Shown: positions 29,665 to 40,885, counted from the stretch's first letter. The stretch is 64,000 bases of DNA from Chloroflexota bacterium (GCA_963663275.1 OY760183.1:384001-448000), one strand, 5' to 3'. Made by a program: numbers and translations. The notes: generated by a model from the letters alone, not told the origin.

Positions 29665-32190
29665 ATGAAACGCCTCGCTCTACTCTTCGCCTTTGCCCTC
29701 TTCTTGTTGTTGCCCACGTCCGTTCCCGCGGCGGAGTGCCAATTCGTCCTCGGTTTCGCGACGCTGCGCGACCTCATCGGCCACGATATCGTCGGCGATT
29801 GCCTGGAAGGCGAGCATTACAACGCCACCGGCGACAGCGTGCAACAGACCACCGGCGGCCTGCTGGTCTGGCGCAAGGCCGACAACTGGACCGCCTTCAC
29901 CGACGGCTACCGCACCTGGATCAACGGCCCCAACGGCCTGGCGCAGCGGCTCAATACCGAAGTCTTCGACTGGGAGTTGGCGCACGCTCTGGAGTCATTG
30001 CCCTGGATACAGGATGGATTGAACGACAATCAGGAGCGATTTGTATCCGATACGCTCCACGGATGGGTTGATCAATTCCCTCTCGTAGCTTGGGAACTCG
30101 CTCAGACACCGTGGATGCGGTCCAGCCAATTGAATATTCCCCGCGTGCACTACTATTGGATGATTCAGTACATCGATACAGTTGTTCGGATCGATGAAGC
30201 AGCCGCGTTAAGGCTAATCAGGATGCCGTTCACGCAGAGCGTTGCTTTCGGCTCTACCAGCGCGTGGAGAACCCTGGCTCAAATAGTCGCCGCTGATCCT
30301 GAGGGCTTCGCTGCGCTCCTCGCCGATCCCAGGCTGGCTGACGGCATTCGCAGCGATCAGGCGGCGGAAGTCTCCGCGATCTATCTGGAAATGCTCGACC
30401 CTCCGGCGGCCGCCGCGATCAGGGGAATGGCATGGACGTATGAAGACCCATGGCGCGCCCATGAATTGAGAATCCTGGCTCAGATGTCGCCCCCTGTTTT
30501 CTGGGCTTGGATTGCCCAATGTCGTTCCTACCACGACCGCTGCCCCGGTACTTTGACGTCCATTACCGAATTGGCCCAGGCCGATGAGGAATCGGCATTG
30601 CGGATCATTAAGATGCCCTTCTTGAGCACCTGGAATCAGGGCAGCGACCAAGCGGTGCTAACGTATGCCGCGCACCTGGCCGAGGAAGACCCGGCCAGCC
30701 TCCGGCAAGTCCTATCCCACCCGAAACTGCGCGGCGGCATTACGGACGACCACATTACAACCTTCGCCCTGCTCGTCCTGGGAGTGGAGCGCCCGGAAGC
30801 GGCGGCCGCGATTATGGCCTTGCCGTGGGTCCGCGACGGCGTGCAACGGCCCGTAAGAGCATATGAGGTACACGCTGGAGATCCAGCGCAGTGGGAAGAA
30901 GACGTGGCGTTGAGCCTGGTGAGTATTGCCTGGAACTCTCCGGAAGCGGCGCTGGCGCTGGTGGGGAGGCATTGGCTGCGCGACGGCGTAAGTTGGGACG
31001 AACAACAGGTGATGAGTCAACTCCCCTGGCTGGTTGGGCCTGATCCGGCAACAGCCCTGCGACTTGTAGAAATGCCTTTCCTCGCGGTGTCCGCGTCAAA
31101 AGACGATTCCAGCATCATAGGCAATCTGATGGACATGGTGACGTATAGCCCAAACCCGGATAAGCCGGCGGTCCTGCGCGAGGTGCTCGACCACCCGTGG
31201 CTGCAAGGCGGCATCCGGGACGGCTACCGTCATGTCGTGGAGTTGCTGGCTGTCAGCAGGCAAAACCCTGAGATAGCGGCAGCCATCGAATCCTTGCCCT
31301 GGATCCAGGACGGCATCGACGCCTCTGAATTGCAAGCCATGACCGTCCTCTATGGGGTAGCCCTGCAAGCGCCGCATTATATCCCAATCCTGGTTTCACA
31401 TCCTTGGGCGCAAGACGGTCTCGACGCGGCCGATCAAAACAGGGTGCGCAGAGTTGTGGCAGAAAGATTCGGGCCCCAGCCCACACCCACGCCGTCCGTA
31501 CCACCGGCGGTCATCGCGGCGCAACGGGCGATAGCCGCCCTGCCTTGGGTGGAGGACGACGTCGAGAAACCTCCGGACTGGGGAACAGCCAGGGTGAGCA
31601 CACTCGAGCGTCTGCGCCGAGCACATGACAATTTGCAGCAAATCGCCGAGCATGCTCCGGAAGCGGCGATGGCTCTCGTTGGCAAGCGTTGGCTGCGCGA
31701 CGGCGTGACATCGTGGGAAGAGGAAGCGCTTCGCTACCTTGCCGAAATCGCTGAGTTTGACGCGGCATCGGCTCTGCAGATCGTGGAAATGTCCTTCCTC
31801 GCAGCGTCGGTAACGCGTGAGGATGCTAGCATTCTGGACACTCTGAGAATCATGACGTACTACAGTCCAAACTTGAACAAGCGAGAGGTCCTGCAAGAGG
31901 CGCTCACGCATCCCCTGCTGCGCGGCGGCATCTGGGACGGCTACCGTACTCGCGTGGAGTTCGTGGCGATTGGCATACAGTCTCCTGGGGTTGGGGCGGC
32001 CATCTACTCCTTGCCCTGGATCCGGGATGGCGTTGAAGGCGCTGAATGGCAAGCCATTACCGCCCTCTATGACGCATCGACGCGCACGCCACACTTCATC
32101 TCTGAATTGATCTTGTATCCGTGGGTGCGAGACGGCCTCAACAAGGACGAACAAGACAGGGTTCGGAAACTCATGCAGGACAACTATTAG
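29665..32190 (+). CDS. Exported protein with the same ECQFVLGF module followed by LPWxxDG repeats
   Basis: Signal peptide; about 80 aa nearly identical to the 25604 protein; internal duplicated block. Confidence 0.8.
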   Translation: MKRLALLFAFALFLLLPTSVPAAECQFVLGFATLRDLIGHDIVGDCLEGEHYNATGDSVQQTTGGLLVWRKADNWTAFTDGYRTWINGPNGLAQRLNTEVFDWELAHALESLPWIQDGLNDNQERFVSDTLHGWVDQFPLVAWELAQTPWMRSSQLNIPRVHYYWMIQYIDTVVRIDEAAALRLIRMPFTQSVAFGSTSAWRTLAQIVAADPEGFAALLADPRLADGIRSDQAAEVSAIYLEMLDPPAAAAIRGMAWTYEDPWRAHELRILAQMSPPVFWAWIAQCRSYHDRCPGTLTSITELAQADEESALRIIKMPFLSTWNQGSDQAVLTYAAHLAEEDPASLRQVLSHPKLRGGITDDHITTFALLVLGVERPEAAAAIMALPWVRDGVQRPVRAYEVHAGDPAQWEEDVALSLVSIAWNSPEAALALVGRHWLRDGVSWDEQQVMSQLPWLVGPDPATALRLVEMPFLAVSASKDDSSIIGNLMDMVTYSPNPDKPAVLREVLDHPWLQGGIRDGYRHVVELLAVSRQNPEIAAAIESLPWIQDGIDASELQAMTVLYGVALQAPHYIPILVSHPWAQDGLDAADQNRVRRVVAERFGPQPTPTPSVPPAVIAAQRAIAALPWVEDDVEKPPDWGTARVSTLERLRRAHDNLQQIAEHAPEAAMALVGKRWLRDGVTSWEEEALRYLAEIAEFDAASALQIVEMSFLAASVTREDASILDTLRIMTYYSPNLNKREVLQEALTHPLLRGGIWDGYRTRVEFVAIGIQSPGVGAAIYSLPWIRDGVEGAEWQAITALYDASTRTPHFISELILYPWVRDGLNKDEQDRVRKLMQDNY

Positions 32191-32394
32191 GAACCGGCAA
32201 TGCCCGAACGAACCGGCGGCGTTCTCCTTTGTCAAGAGTGCTGCCATTTGACGATAGCAGTGCGTTCGCCGCGCAGGCGCTGAGCCGGCTCAACAACCTC
32301 CGTGCATTGAACGAACCGGATCATCGTCCGGCTGGTCTTGTCACACCTATCTCCGCCGCAGACTCCGCGGCCGATGCTTGACTAGTCGAGACGC

Positions 32395-33612
32395 TCATTC
32401 CGCTTCGGCATCGTCTCTTTGCCGTTCTTCCTGGGTGCGCAGGGTATCCAGTTTCAGCAGTTGGCGGTCCATGGCGCGGCGTCTGGTGCCGGTGAGGGTA
32501 TCGAAGTCGTTGGACAGGCGTTGGAAGTCGGTTTCCAGCTTATCCAGGGCCGCGGCGTAGCGCGACCATTCTTTAGAGAACGCGGTCAGCAAGGCGTGCA
32601 TCTCGCCCGCCGCCTGTTGCATCGCGAAGAACTCGGCCGCCTGGCGAATCACGCTCAGCACGCCGAACAGGCTGAACGGCGAGCAGAGGATCACCCGGCT
32701 TTGCAGGCTGTGTTCCAGCAGCGCGGCGTCGCGTTGCAGGATGAAGCCGTACACCTGTTCCAGCGGGATGAAGAGCAGGGCGCAATCCACCGTATTGGCG
32801 GCCGGGTCGATGTATTCGCGGGAGGCCACCGCCTTCACGTGGCCGCGCACGTCGCGCAGAAACTGCTGCTCCAGCCGCTCCCGCGCTTCATCGGACTCCG
32901 CCTCCAGCGCGCGCAGGTAGTTATCCAGCGGGAACTTGACGTCCATGTTCAGGCAGAGCGCCTTGGGCAGGGTGAAGGTGAAGTCCGGGCGCGTGCCGGC
33001 CGCGGTGGTGGTCTGCTTGGTGTAGTGGATGTTGGGCAGCAGGCCGGCGGCGCGCAGCACGTCCTCGGCCATGCGCTCGCCCCACGCGCCCCGGGCGCGG
33101 CTGTTCGCCAGGGTCTCGCGCAGGCTCTGGGTGGTCTCCGTCAGCCGCTGGGTCTGTGCGGCGGTATTGCGGATTTCCGTCGTCAGGGCGCTCAGCCGCT
33201 CACCGCTCTGCGCCTGCACGTCGGTCATGAGCGTCCGCACCTGCTCCAGCGTGCCGCCCATCTGTTCGAGTTGCTGGTCGATCAGGCGCTTCTTGCCCTC
33301 CAGTTCCTGGGCGGTCTGCGTCTGCTGCGCGCCGAGTTGGCTCTTGGCGATCTCCACCAGTTGGTTGGTGCTCTGGTTAAGCGCCTGCAAAGAGAGCGTG
33401 CCGAACTGGTCGGCCACCTGCTGCAGCAGCGCCTGCGCCTGTTCCTGCTGGGCGCGCTCGGCCTGGCCGCGGATCTGTTCGCCAATCTCCTCGGCAGTGC
33501 GCCCGCGCCAGAGACCCACCAGCCAGGCCAGGACGAGACCGAAGATCAGTCCGATAACCAGCCCGCCTATGCCGCCGATGATGAGTTCGGCGAAATCGAT
33601 TGCGCTATTCAT
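32395..33612 (-). CDS. rmuC: DNA recombination protein RmuC
   Basis: N-terminal TM and coiled coil, RGAWGE, RPDF, MDVKFP, LFIP. Confidence 0.92.
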   Translation of the reverse strand: MNSAIDFAELIIGGIGGLVIGLIFGLVLAWLVGLWRGRTAEEIGEQIRGQAERAQQEQAQALLQQVADQFGTLSLQALNQSTNQLVEIAKSQLGAQQTQTAQELEGKKRLIDQQLEQMGGTLEQVRTLMTDVQAQSGERLSALTTEIRNTAAQTQRLTETTQSLRETLANSRARGAWGERMAEDVLRAAGLLPNIHYTKQTTTAAGTRPDFTFTLPKALCLNMDVKFPLDNYLRALEAESDEARERLEQQFLRDVRGHVKAVASREYIDPAANTVDCALLFIPLEQVYGFILQRDAALLEHSLQSRVILCSPFSLFGVLSVIRQAAEFFAMQQAAGEMHALLTAFSKEWSRYAAALDKLETDFQRLSNDFDTLTGTRRRAMDRQLLKLDTLRTQEERQRDDAEAE

Positions 33613-33619
33613 GCCAACA

Positions 33620-33850
33620 TCCCCTCACCCCGGCCCTCTCCCCCAGGAGAGGGAGTGGAAAGAGTCCTTCTTGCCCCCTCTCCCCACGGAGAGGGGGCGG
33701 ACAGCGTTTTCTTGTCCCCTCTCCCCACGGAGAGGGAATGGACAGCGTCTTTCTTCTCCCCTCTCCCAAAGGGAGAGGGTTAGGGTGAGGGTCTGCCGGC
33801 TGCCTTCCTTGCCTTTTCTCCTCACCCCGGCCCTCTCTCCAGGGAGAGGG
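33620..33850. repeat. Tandem CCCTCTCCC-N-GGAGAGGG hairpin repeats (~41-bp period in the middle)
   Basis: Five hairpin copies visible. Confidence 0.8.
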
Positions 33851-33989
33851 GGTATGTATTCTATAATCGGCTTCACGTGTCATTCCGAACGGAGCGCAGC
33901 GGAGAGAGGAATCTAAGCCGTCTCCCTGCAAGAATTTCCCCTTTAGATTCCTCGTTCCGCTCGGAATGACACTTGCCTACCCCTGTCAG
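33847..33989 (-). mobile_element. CTGACAGG-family MITE, one end truncated
   Basis: Ends gcctacccctgtcag; internal GTCATTCCG inverted pair. Confidence 0.75.
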
Positions 33990-34131
33990 CCCCAGAGAGA
34001 GGGAGAATAGAGAGTTCTTCTTGTCTCCTCCCAGGGAGCGGGAGCCATTCGCGCCCGCCGCATCCCTTATGCCAAGCCCCGGCGCGCCCGTTCGCATCCC
34101 TCCAGGCCCCGGGGCGCGCCGGTTGTCTTCC

Positions 34132-34926
34132 TCACGCCAGGCCGCGGCGCGCGCCGGCGTCGATGTCTATCGACGTGCCCGTAATCATCGCCGCGTCGTC
34201 GGAAACCAGGAACGCCACCAGGTTGGCCACGTCTGCCGGCGCGGTCACGCGGCCCAGGGGGTTTGGCGCGCGCATCTCCGCCGCCGCCTCGTGCGCCGGC
34301 ACGCCTTGCAGCCGTTCGATCTGGGCGGCCATATCGTCGATCAGGCCGGTTTCCGTCAGGCCGGGATTTACCATCACCACGCGGATGCGGTCCTGGGCCA
34401 CCTCATCGGCAAACGTCTTCGTAAACGCCAGCAGGCCGGCGTTCATCACACTGGCGATCGCCAGCCTGGTGGAAGGATCGTGCGCCGAGCCGCCGCCGAC
34501 CAGCACAATCGCGCCGCCGCCGCTTTGGCGCAGGTAGGGCACGGCCTCGCGCGCGGCGCGGATGTAGCCCACCAGTTTCAGGCGGATTTGCTCCTCCCAG
34601 GCGGCGTCCGGCACGTCCAGCGTGCCGCCGATTACGCCGCCGCCCGCGCAGGCCACCAGCGCGTCCAGCCGTCCCAGTTGCGCGTGGGCCGCGCGCAGTC
34701 CGGCCTGCACCTCGTCGAGTCGAGTCACGTCGGCGGTCACGCCCACGGCGCGGCGGCCGCTCTCCGCCGCGATAGCCTGGGCCGCCTCCCGTACGGTATC
34801 CGGCGTGCGCGCCAGCAGCGCCACGTCCGCGCCCCGCCCGGCCAGCGTGTGCCCGATCGCTTTGCCGATGCCCCGGCTGCCGCCCGTAACAGCGGCCGCG
34901 CGGCCCTCGAAAGTCCGCGAATCCAT
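34132..34926 (-). CDS. Short-chain dehydrogenase/reductase
   Basis: TGGSRGIG, VNPGLTET, VAFLVSD; lacks the canonical YxxxK motif. Confidence 0.88.
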   Translation of the reverse strand: MDSRTFEGRAAAVTGGSRGIGKAIGHTLAGRGADVALLARTPDTVREAAQAIAAESGRRAVGVTADVTRLDEVQAGLRAAHAQLGRLDALVACAGGGVIGGTLDVPDAAWEEQIRLKLVGYIRAAREAVPYLRQSGGGAIVLVGGGSAHDPSTRLAIASVMNAGLLAFTKTFADEVAQDRIRVVMVNPGLTETGLIDDMAAQIERLQGVPAHEAAAEMRAPNPLGRVTAPADVANLVAFLVSDDAAMITGTSIDIDAGARRGLA

Positions 34927-35039
34927 TGCTCTTCTCCCGAATTCATGGCGGCGCCGGGCGCGCCCGGCGCCGTGCTTGTTGGCTACACTGCATTCATGTT
35001 ATAATTGTTGAAGCGTATAGGCGCTATTTGTCAGATGTA

Positions 35040-35125
35040 CGCAATCATGATTGCGATTATTCAAAGAGTATTCTGCACTTTGCGTTTAGCCGCGCCTTGC
35101 TCGCTTGCGGCGCAATTGATACAAT
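35040..35125 (+). promoter_or_regulatory. Operator-like palindrome and promoter for the ABC exporter operon
   Basis: Perfect 16-bp palindrome CGCAATCATGATTGCG (35040-35055); TTGCTC-17 bp-TACAAT (35097-35125). Confidence 0.5.
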
Positions 35126-35242
35126 GAGTCCTATGTAGCATAGCCTATCCCGCCAATTGCCGCTGCCGGCGGCAATACCGCGCCGGCCGCCCGGCGGAGC
35201 GCGCGGCGCGGAGCGAGACCCGATCTACCTTACGCAGTTCGC

Positions 35243-37201
35243 ATGGATGGAGAGAAGACCGTGGCCAGATGGCAGAAGATCGCGTTGCTGATTGTCGTAT
35301 TGGCGGCGCTCGCGGCCGCGGGGCGGTTCGTCGTCTTCCCGCGCCTGACCGGCGGCAGCGGCGACGCGGTTGCGGTGGAAGAGACGACCTTCGTCATCAT
35401 CGGCCGGGGGACGCTCAAGTCCACGGTCACCGCCTCGGGCAGCATCGTCTATCCGGAGCAGGTGGCGCTCGGCTTTCCGGTCTCGGCGGACTTGCGTGAG
35501 ATTCTGGTCGCCGTGGGCGACCAGGTGGCGGAAGGCGCGCCGCTGGCCTCCATCGACGATACCGATCTGCGGGTCATCGTGCGCGAGAGAGAAGCCGACC
35601 TCCGCACCGCCGAACTGAACTACGAGAAACTGGCGGAACCGGCCCGCGCTGAAGACGTGCGCACCAAAGAACTCGCCGTCGCCGACGCCGAAGCCAGGCT
35701 GGCGGAACTGCTGGACGGCCCCGAGCAAACCGCCGTCAACGACGCGGAAACGGCCGTGCTCAGCGCCCAGGTCGCCTACGATCGAGCCAGCGCCTCGCTG
35801 CAAGCCCTGCTCAATCCTAAGGAGAGCGACGTGGCTGCCGCCCGCAACGAGGTCAAGAACGCGGAAGCGTCCCTGGCGGCGGCGCAGGAGAACCTGGACG
35901 CCCTGCGCGCCGGCGGCACCAACGCCCGCATCAAGAGCGCCGAAAACGCCATGCGCATCGCGAATAACCGCCTGAACGAGGAAAGAGAGCGCATCAAGAC
36001 CAAGATCGACGACCTCCTGGAAGAGTTGGAGGACGCCGAAGAACGCCTGGTGGACGCCAAAGAAGACAATGACCAACAGGACAACGCCTTCACCCGCCGC
36101 GCCCTGGAAGAGGCGCAAGAGGACTACGACGAGGTGAAGGAGCGCGTGGACGAAGAGGTGGCGGAATTGGAGCAGCAACTCCTGCCGGGCCCGCCCTCCG
36201 ACACGACCGCGGCGGAACTGACCGGCGCGGCGCGCGAGGCGCGGTTGGCCTATGAAAACGCCCGTGTGTCGGCTATGGACGGCGAGGAAGCGGCCCAGCG
36301 CAGCGTGGAGAGCGCCGCGCGCACCCTGACGGCCGCCAAGGATAGGCTGGACGCCTTGCTCAACCCCGATGCGGCCGACGTGACCCTGGCCGAAAAAGAA
36401 GTGGAAAGCGCCCGCCTGACCCTGGAAAACGCCCAGGACAATCGCAACGAGGTGCTGGAAGGCCCGAAGAGCGATGAAGTGGAGAGGGCGCGCAACGATC
36501 TGGAACTCAAACGCCTCGACCTGCAAGAGACCCGCGCCGGCGCCGCCTCCGAAGACCTGGAGTTGGAAGGCCTGAAGGTCGAACGCGCCCGCCGCAACCT
36601 GGAAGCCGCCCAGCAAGACCTGGCGGACGCCACCCTGCGCGCGCCCTACGCCGGCGTGGTGGCTGAAGTGCAAGGCAACGTGGGCCAGAAACCGGGCGCC
36701 GTCGTGGTCACGCTGGTGCGCACCGACCGGGTGGAAATGCACGCCCGCGTGGATGAGGCGGACGTGACCAGCGTGATGAAAGGCCAGCCGGTCTCCGTCA
36801 CCCTGTTCGCCGCGGCCGACGCGACCTTCGCCGGTACCGTGGATACCATTTCGCCCGTCTCCACCACCGAGCAGGGCGTGGTGCTCTATCCCATTACCAT
36901 CCGGCTGGAACCGGGCGACCCGCGCCTGCGCGGCGGACTTTCCGCCAACGCTACCATCGAAATCGCCAGCCGCAACAACATCCTGCTGGTGCCGAACCGC
37001 GCCATCCGGCGGGAGGGCGACGAGCGCGTGATCTACGTGCGGCAGAGCGGCAATATCCTGGAGCGGCGCGTGGTCGAGATTGGCGTGCGCGATAACGAAT
37101 ACTCCGAAATCGTGAGCGGCGTGAGCGAAGGTGAAGAGGTGGCGATTCTGCCGCGCACCGGCGGCACGATCGGCAGCGGCTTCGACGTGCGCACCCGCTA
37201 A
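35243..37201 (+). CDS. Efflux periplasmic adaptor (HlyD/MacA-like) with a long coiled coil
   Basis: TM anchor, VAVGDQVAEG, LRAPYAGVV, VDEAD, LLVPNRAI. Confidence 0.9.
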   Translation: MDGEKTVARWQKIALLIVVLAALAAAGRFVVFPRLTGGSGDAVAVEETTFVIIGRGTLKSTVTASGSIVYPEQVALGFPVSADLREILVAVGDQVAEGAPLASIDDTDLRVIVREREADLRTAELNYEKLAEPARAEDVRTKELAVADAEARLAELLDGPEQTAVNDAETAVLSAQVAYDRASASLQALLNPKESDVAAARNEVKNAEASLAAAQENLDALRAGGTNARIKSAENAMRIANNRLNEERERIKTKIDDLLEELEDAEERLVDAKEDNDQQDNAFTRRALEEAQEDYDEVKERVDEEVAELEQQLLPGPPSDTTAAELTGAAREARLAYENARVSAMDGEEAAQRSVESAARTLTAAKDRLDALLNPDAADVTLAEKEVESARLTLENAQDNRNEVLEGPKSDEVERARNDLELKRLDLQETRAGAASEDLELEGLKVERARRNLEAAQQDLADATLRAPYAGVVAEVQGNVGQKPGAVVVTLVRTDRVEMHARVDEADVTSVMKGQPVSVTLFAAADATFAGTVDTISPVSTTEQGVVLYPITIRLEPGDPRLRGGLSANATIEIASRNNILLVPNRAIRREGDERVIYVRQSGNILERRVVEIGVRDNEYSEIVSGVSEGEEVAILPRTGGTIGSGFDVRTR

Positions 37202-37306
37202 CCGCCCGCGGCGTGCACGGCGGGCGCGGCAGCACTACGGCCCGCCGCCCGCAAGCGTCGTGCGAAAGCCGCACGCAAGCGCCGCGCGAAAGCTGAGAAG
37301 AGAGCC

Positions 37307-38251
37307 ATGCGCCAGACGGTAATCGAAACCACCGAACTCAGAAAGACCTACGTGATGGGCGATTCTGAGATCCACGCCCTGGACGGCGTCTCCATTCAGA
37401 TTGGGCGGGGCGAACTGCTGGCAATCACCGGCCCTTCCGGCTCCGGCAAGTCCACGCTCATGAACATCCTCGGCTGCCTGGACCGCCCGGACGGCGGCGT
37501 CTACCGGCTGGAAGGCGAAGACGTCTCCACCCTCAACGACAACCGCCTGGCGGAAATCCGCAGCCGCAAGATTGGGTTCGTCTTCCAATCGTTCAATCTG
37601 CTGCCCCGCGTCAACGCCCTGGAGCAAGTGGAACTGCCGCTGCTCTACGGCGGCGGCCAGCGCGAACAGCCGCAAGAGCCGCCGGCCGCGCCCGGCGCAG
37701 GCCGCGAGGGCGCCGCGCTCACCGGCCAACGCGAACAGCGCGCCGCCGTGGCCCGCAAACTGCTGCTGCAGCGCGGCGGCAGCCGCTGGCGCGACCGCGC
37801 CCGCGAAGCCCTGATTGCCGTGGGCCTGGAAGACCGCATGAACCACAAGCCCACGGAACTCTCCGGCGGCCAGCAGCAGCGCGTCGCCATCGCCCGCGCC
37901 CTGGTCACCGACCCGGCCATCATCCTGGCCGACGAACCCACCGGCAACCTGGATTCCCGCACCAGCGACGAGCTTATGGCCCTGCTGCTCACCCTCAACA
38001 GCGACCGGGGCATTACGGTGGTCTTCATCACCCACGAGGACGAGATCGCGCGCCGCACCAACCGCATCATCCGCATGATGGACGGCCGCATTGCCGCCGA
38101 GGAGCGCGGAGATATGGCTGGCGGACCGGTTTCCGCCGCAGCGGTACGTTTCGGTGATGCCGCGGTGAATGCGCCAACCGGTGGCGGCGCGCCGCCTCTT
38201 GGGCGCGCGGAATCAGCGCCGTCACGTCAGCCTGGTGAGGCGCGCTCGTGA
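37307..38251 (+). CDS. ABC transporter ATP-binding protein (MacB/LolD-like)
   Basis: [29 protein letters not shown]-switch. Confidence 0.95.
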   Translation: MRQTVIETTELRKTYVMGDSEIHALDGVSIQIGRGELLAITGPSGSGKSTLMNILGCLDRPDGGVYRLEGEDVSTLNDNRLAEIRSRKIGFVFQSFNLLPRVNALEQVELPLLYGGGQREQPQEPPAAPGAGREGAALTGQREQRAAVARKLLLQRGGSRWRDRAREALIAVGLEDRMNHKPTELSGGQQQRVAIARALVTDPAIILADEPTGNLDSRTSDELMALLLTLNSDRGITVVFITHEDEIARRTNRIIRMMDGRIAAEERGDMAGGPVSAAAVRFGDAAVNAPTGGGAPPLGRAESAPSRQPGEARS

Positions 38252-39504
38252 ATTTTGCCACGCTAAAGGTAGCAATCAGCGCGCTGGCCGCCAATAAACT
38301 GCGCACGAGCCTGACCCTGCTGGGCATGATCATCGGCGTGGCCTCGGTCACCGCCCTCATGTCGATCGGGCGGGGCGTAGAGAAGCAGATCACCGGCGAA
38401 CTGCAAGCGACCGGCACCAACGTGCTCTTCATCTTCAGCGGACGGCCCAGCGGTTCTTCCAGCGAGAGGCCGACAGAACCGCTCACGTACGACGACGCGC
38501 TTGCGCTCGAAGAGTTGACGTGGGATGGAACGCTTGAAGGAGTGGCCGCGACGGGCAGCGAGCGCAACCTGAACGTGGTGGTGCGCGACAGAGATACGCG
38601 CGTCTCCGTGAGCGGCGTGACCGCCAGCTATCTGGCGGTGAATAATCTCACGCTGGCGTACGGACAGCCGCTTTCCGACGCGGATCTGGACGCCCGCGCC
38701 ACCGTGGCCGTGCTGGGCGCCAACGTGGCCGCGGAACTGTTCCCGGAGGACGATCCGATCGACCAGACCATCCGCGCCGAAAACCTGCGCTTGCGCGTGA
38801 TTGGCGTGCTGGAGGAGCAAGGCGGCGGCGCTTTCGGCGGCAGTCCCGACGACGTGGTGCTCATCCCGATCACAACCGCCCACGCCCGCCTGAGCAGATG
38901 GGTAACCGCCCGGGGCGAACAGCCGGTCAACAGCATCAGCGTGGAACTAATGGACGCGGAAGAAGAGACGATCAATGCCGGCTCGGCCGCGATCCGGCAA
39001 GTCCTGCGCGAGCGCCACGAGATTCCCGATGAGGAAGATGACGACTTCATCATCATCAGCCCCACGGACCTCATCGCGGCGGTCAGCGGGGCCTTGGCGG
39101 TCTTCACAGCCTTCCTGGGCGCGATTGCCGGCATATCCTTGCTCGTAGGCGGCATCGGCATCATGAACATCATGCTCGTCTCCGTTACCGAACGCACCCG
39201 CGAGATCGGCATCCGCAAGGCGGTGGGCGCGAAACGACGGGACATCCTCGTCCAGTTTCTCGTCGAAAGCGTCGTGGTGAGCATATTGGGAGGCGTGCTG
39301 GGGATTCTGTTCGGCGCCTTGATCTCCTTCGGCATCGCCCAGATTCCGCTGGGCGGCGAAGGCGAAACCCTGCAAACGGCGGTGACGCTGGACATCATCC
39401 TGCTGGCCGTGAGCGTCTCGGCCACGGTGGGCATCTTCTTCGGCATCTACCCCGCCAACCGCGCCGCCCGCCTCGACCCCATCCAGGCCCTGCGCTACGA
39501 ATAA
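38248..39504 (+). CDS. ABC transporter permease (MacB/FtsX family)
   Basis: [42 protein letters not shown]. Confidence 0.95.
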   Translation: MNFATLKVAISALAANKLRTSLTLLGMIIGVASVTALMSIGRGVEKQITGELQATGTNVLFIFSGRPSGSSSERPTEPLTYDDALALEELTWDGTLEGVAATGSERNLNVVVRDRDTRVSVSGVTASYLAVNNLTLAYGQPLSDADLDARATVAVLGANVAAELFPEDDPIDQTIRAENLRLRVIGVLEEQGGGAFGGSPDDVVLIPITTAHARLSRWVTARGEQPVNSISVELMDAEEETINAGSAAIRQVLRERHEIPDEEDDDFIIISPTDLIAAVSGALAVFTAFLGAIAGISLLVGGIGIMNIMLVSVTERTREIGIRKAVGAKRRDILVQFLVESVVVSILGGVLGILFGALISFGIAQIPLGGEGETLQTAVTLDIILLAVSVSATVGIFFGIYPANRAARLDPIQALRYE

Positions 39505-39640
39505 CCGTCCCGCAACCCCGGGGCCTCCTGTCCCCTCTCCCCATGGGAACTCGGGAGCCTCTTGTCCCCTCTCCCCGTGGGAGAGGGTTAGGGTGAGGGT
39601 GAATCGGCTCCTATGGGACTAACTGACAGGGAGTACCACT

Positions 39641-40252
39641 GTGAAACAAGAAACTTCGTACGACGAGCGGTATGCCGCCCAGGAGTACCATTGGGGCACA
39701 AAACCCTCCGCCATTTGCCAGCGAGTCCTGCGGTTGGCGCCGTCTGACGGGCCGGTGTCGCTGCTTGATATTGGCTGTGGCGAAGGCAGAAACGCCGTCT
39801 ACTTTGCGCGCAACGGCTATGCGGTTACGGCGTTCGATCTGGCGGAGGCAGGGGTGGCAAAGACCAAGCGCCTCGCCGCCGCCGCGAGTGTGCCGCTTGC
39901 GGTCTATCAGGCCGACATGAATGAGCACCGGCTGGAAAAGGACTTCGACGTCCTGTTCTCAACCGGCGTGCTGCACCTTGTGCCCCGCGGGCTGCGACAG
40001 GAGGTCTTCTGCCACTACAAGCGGCACACGAATTGCGGCGGGCTGAACGTCTTCTCCGTTTTCGTCCGCAAACCCTTCATTGGCAAAGCGCCTGATAGTG
40101 ATCCGGGCGCGGAGCCCTGGCTCTCGGGGGAACTCCTGACGCTCTACCATGATTGGAAGATCGAGTACTGCACTGAAGAGATCTTCGACTGCATGTCCGG
40201 CGGCATTCCGCATCAGCACGCGATGAACCGGATGATAGCGCGGAAGCCATAG
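39641..40252 (+). CDS. Class I SAM-dependent methyltransferase (TehB-like)
   Basis: LLDIGCGEGRNA. Confidence 0.85.
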   Translation: MKQETSYDERYAAQEYHWGTKPSAICQRVLRLAPSDGPVSLLDIGCGEGRNAVYFARNGYAVTAFDLAEAGVAKTKRLAAAASVPLAVYQADMNEHRLEKDFDVLFSTGVLHLVPRGLRQEVFCHYKRHTNCGGLNVFSVFVRKPFIGKAPDSDPGAEPWLSGELLTLYHDWKIEYCTEEIFDCMSGGIPHQHAMNRMIARKP

Positions 40253-40278
40253 CGCCCCGCGCCTGCCCCCTGCGAGAA

Positions 40279-40437
40279 CTGATAGGGGTATGTATCCTAT
40301 ATCCGACTTCACGTGTCATTCCGAACGGAGCGCAGCGGAGAGTCGCTAAGAGCGCGGATTCTAGAGATGCTGATTTTGCAGCGTGGCAACTTAGATTCCT
40401 CTCTCCGCTCGGAATGACATTTACATACCCCTGTGAG
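40279..40437 (-). mobile_element. CTGACAGG-family MITE, diverged, with ~11-bp TSD
   Basis: Flanks ccctgcgagaa / ccctgcgagag. Confidence 0.75.
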
Positions 40438-40704
40438 CCCTGCGAGAGGGATTAGTCCTCACCCCATTGCCGCCGCCTGGAACTGATCAGCGCCGTACTG
40501 CCCGTTCGTGCTGAGCCCGTCGAAGTATGAACGGGCAGTACCGTGCGGCATAGCCAACCCGCCGCTCACCTTTCCACAGGCTCAATGCCTGCCCCGTACC
40601 TGACACGGGGACGAACGGCCACGCGCGTGCTCATCCACTTCTCAAGACTTGGTGAGACAGTGGAGTACATTACCCCCTCACCCCGGCCCTCTCCCCGGGG
40701 AGAG

Positions 40705-40850
40705 CTGACAGGGGAAGGCAAGTGTCATTCCGAGCGGAGCGAGGAATCTAGAACCGACGTTTTTGCAGCGAAAGCCTTAGATTCCTCTCTCCGCTGCGCT
40801 CCGCTCGGAATGACACGTGAAGTCGGATGTAGAATGCCTACCCCTGTCAG
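40705..40850 (+). mobile_element. 146-bp CTGACAGG-family MITE with 12-bp TSD
   Basis: TIR CTGACAGGGG/CCCCTGTCAG; CCCCGGGGAGAG on both sides. Confidence 0.88.
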
Positions 40851-40885
40851 CCCCGGGGAGAGGGAGTCATCTTCGCACGCTAGAG

